Assembly (NCBI RefSeq): GCF_006345805.1
Contig: NC_043004.1
Location: 5,518,001 to 5,582,000 of the forward strand
Source of the DNA: Octopus sinensis
Lineage: Eukaryota
Direction of reading: 5' to 3'
DNA length: 64,000 nt
Shown here: positions 63,117 through 64,000 of the stretch, in pieces
How the letters are laid out: every line of letters begins with the position of its first letter
How positions within the stretch are numbered: the stretch's first letter is position 1
The notes under the pieces: generated by a model
Database searches by the model: none
What the model was told of the DNA's origin: nothing
Seen by the model: the letters and a program-made list of their open reading frames with translations, nothing else
Program-made: the position numbers and the translations under genes

Positions 63117-63500
63117 ATGAGTGGCTGTGTGGTAAGTAGCTTTCTTACTAACCACATGGTTCCGGGTTCAGTCCCACTGCAGGGCACCTTGGGCAAGTGT
63201 CTTCTACTATAGCCTTGGGCCGACCAAAGCCTTGTGAGTGGATTTGGTAGATGGAAACTGAAAGAAGCACGTCGTATACAGGTATATATATATATATTTG
63301 TGTGTCTGTGTTCCCCCCGCCCCCAATCGCTTGACAACCAATGTTGGCATGTTTACGCCCCCGTAAATTTGCGGTTCAGCAAAAGAGACCGACAGAATAA
63401 GTACTGGGCTTACAAAGAATAAGTCCTGGGGTCAATTTGCTCGACTAAAGGCAGTGCTCCAGCATGGCCACAGTCAAATGACTGAAACAAGTAAAAGAGT
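63117..63500 (+). mobile_element. SINE family A, full length
   Basis: gagtggctgtgtggtaag head through gactgaaacaagtaaaagag tail. Confidence 0.92.
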
Positions 63501-63526
63501 ATAAAAAGGGAGTATATATATATATG

Positions 63527-64000
63527 CAGGATGCAGTGAATAAACTGTCATCTAAATCAGTAGTTCCCAACAAGCTACACCCCCCACCTTGTTTCTAAGG
63601 CCACATTTCTAGTGCCCCACCCACTCACCAACACAGACAGAAACCATCTTCTGCAGAAAATTCAAAACAACAATATTTCACAAATAAAACTTAACCTCAT
63701 TAATCCTTTACTTTGTTTTTTTTGACATCCATTGCCCCATTTTGGTTACCCCATTATTGCCCCTCTTTTCTTCAACACCCCACTGGATCTTTCTACTACC
63801 CAAGTGGGGTGAGGCGGTACAACCAACTTTGGGGACCACTGGTCTAAATTATGTAAAAATGAAAATAACATTGACATCTCATTTTAATAGATACATGCAC
63901 CAAAATTACATTAAAATATCTTGAAATATGAAAGAGTAAATTTATTCAATAAAATCGCCATTGGCTTCAACCATGGCCTCCAGACGACTTCGGAATCTCC
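63527..64000 (-). mobile_element. Tc1/mariner-superfamily element, 3' end (continues beyond the window)
   Basis: Minus strand 64000-63942 reads RFRSRLEAMVEANGDFIE*, a typical Tc1-like C-terminus; putative TIR caggatgcagtgaataaactgtc at 63527. Confidence 0.75.
63558..63841. mobile_element. hAT MITE
   Basis: TIRs cagtagttcccaa / ttggggaccactg; 8-bp TSD atctaaat (63550-57) / gtctaaat (63842-49). Confidence 0.85.

Overview
AT-rich, microsatellite-dense eukaryotic DNA with no complete protein-coding gene. The repeat content resembles a coleoid cephalopod (Octopus) intron or intergenic region; the species is an inference from remembered SINE, LINE and microsatellite style, not a database match. 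The window is a layered graveyard of mobile elements. It holds many RTE-clade LINE fragments (one family gives two ~1-1.6 kb 3' fragments, a 2.1-kb RT-containing copy and over 15 short 3' tails ending in (GAT)n), a CR1-group LINE, Penelope-like remnants, three tRNA-derived SINE families, mariner/Tc1 relics and MITEs, Charlie-type hAT elements with 8-bp TSDs, and TTAA-flanked piggyBac-like MITEs. Almost all listed ORFs are microsatellite read-through or TE fragments. The best second-look signals are (i) minimal type-I hammerhead ribozyme folds in repeated Penelope-like termini (29430-31135) and a separate one at 12960-13007, (ii) a non-coding direct-repeat and palindrome unit at 34734-36016 that looks retrozyme-like, (iii) a 12-unit hairpin repeat array in an RTE 3'UTR that mimics a CRISPR array, and (iv) a possible first coding exon of a minus-strand host gene at the left edge. 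Coordinates were read by eye; TE boundaries are approximate unless a TSD is quoted.
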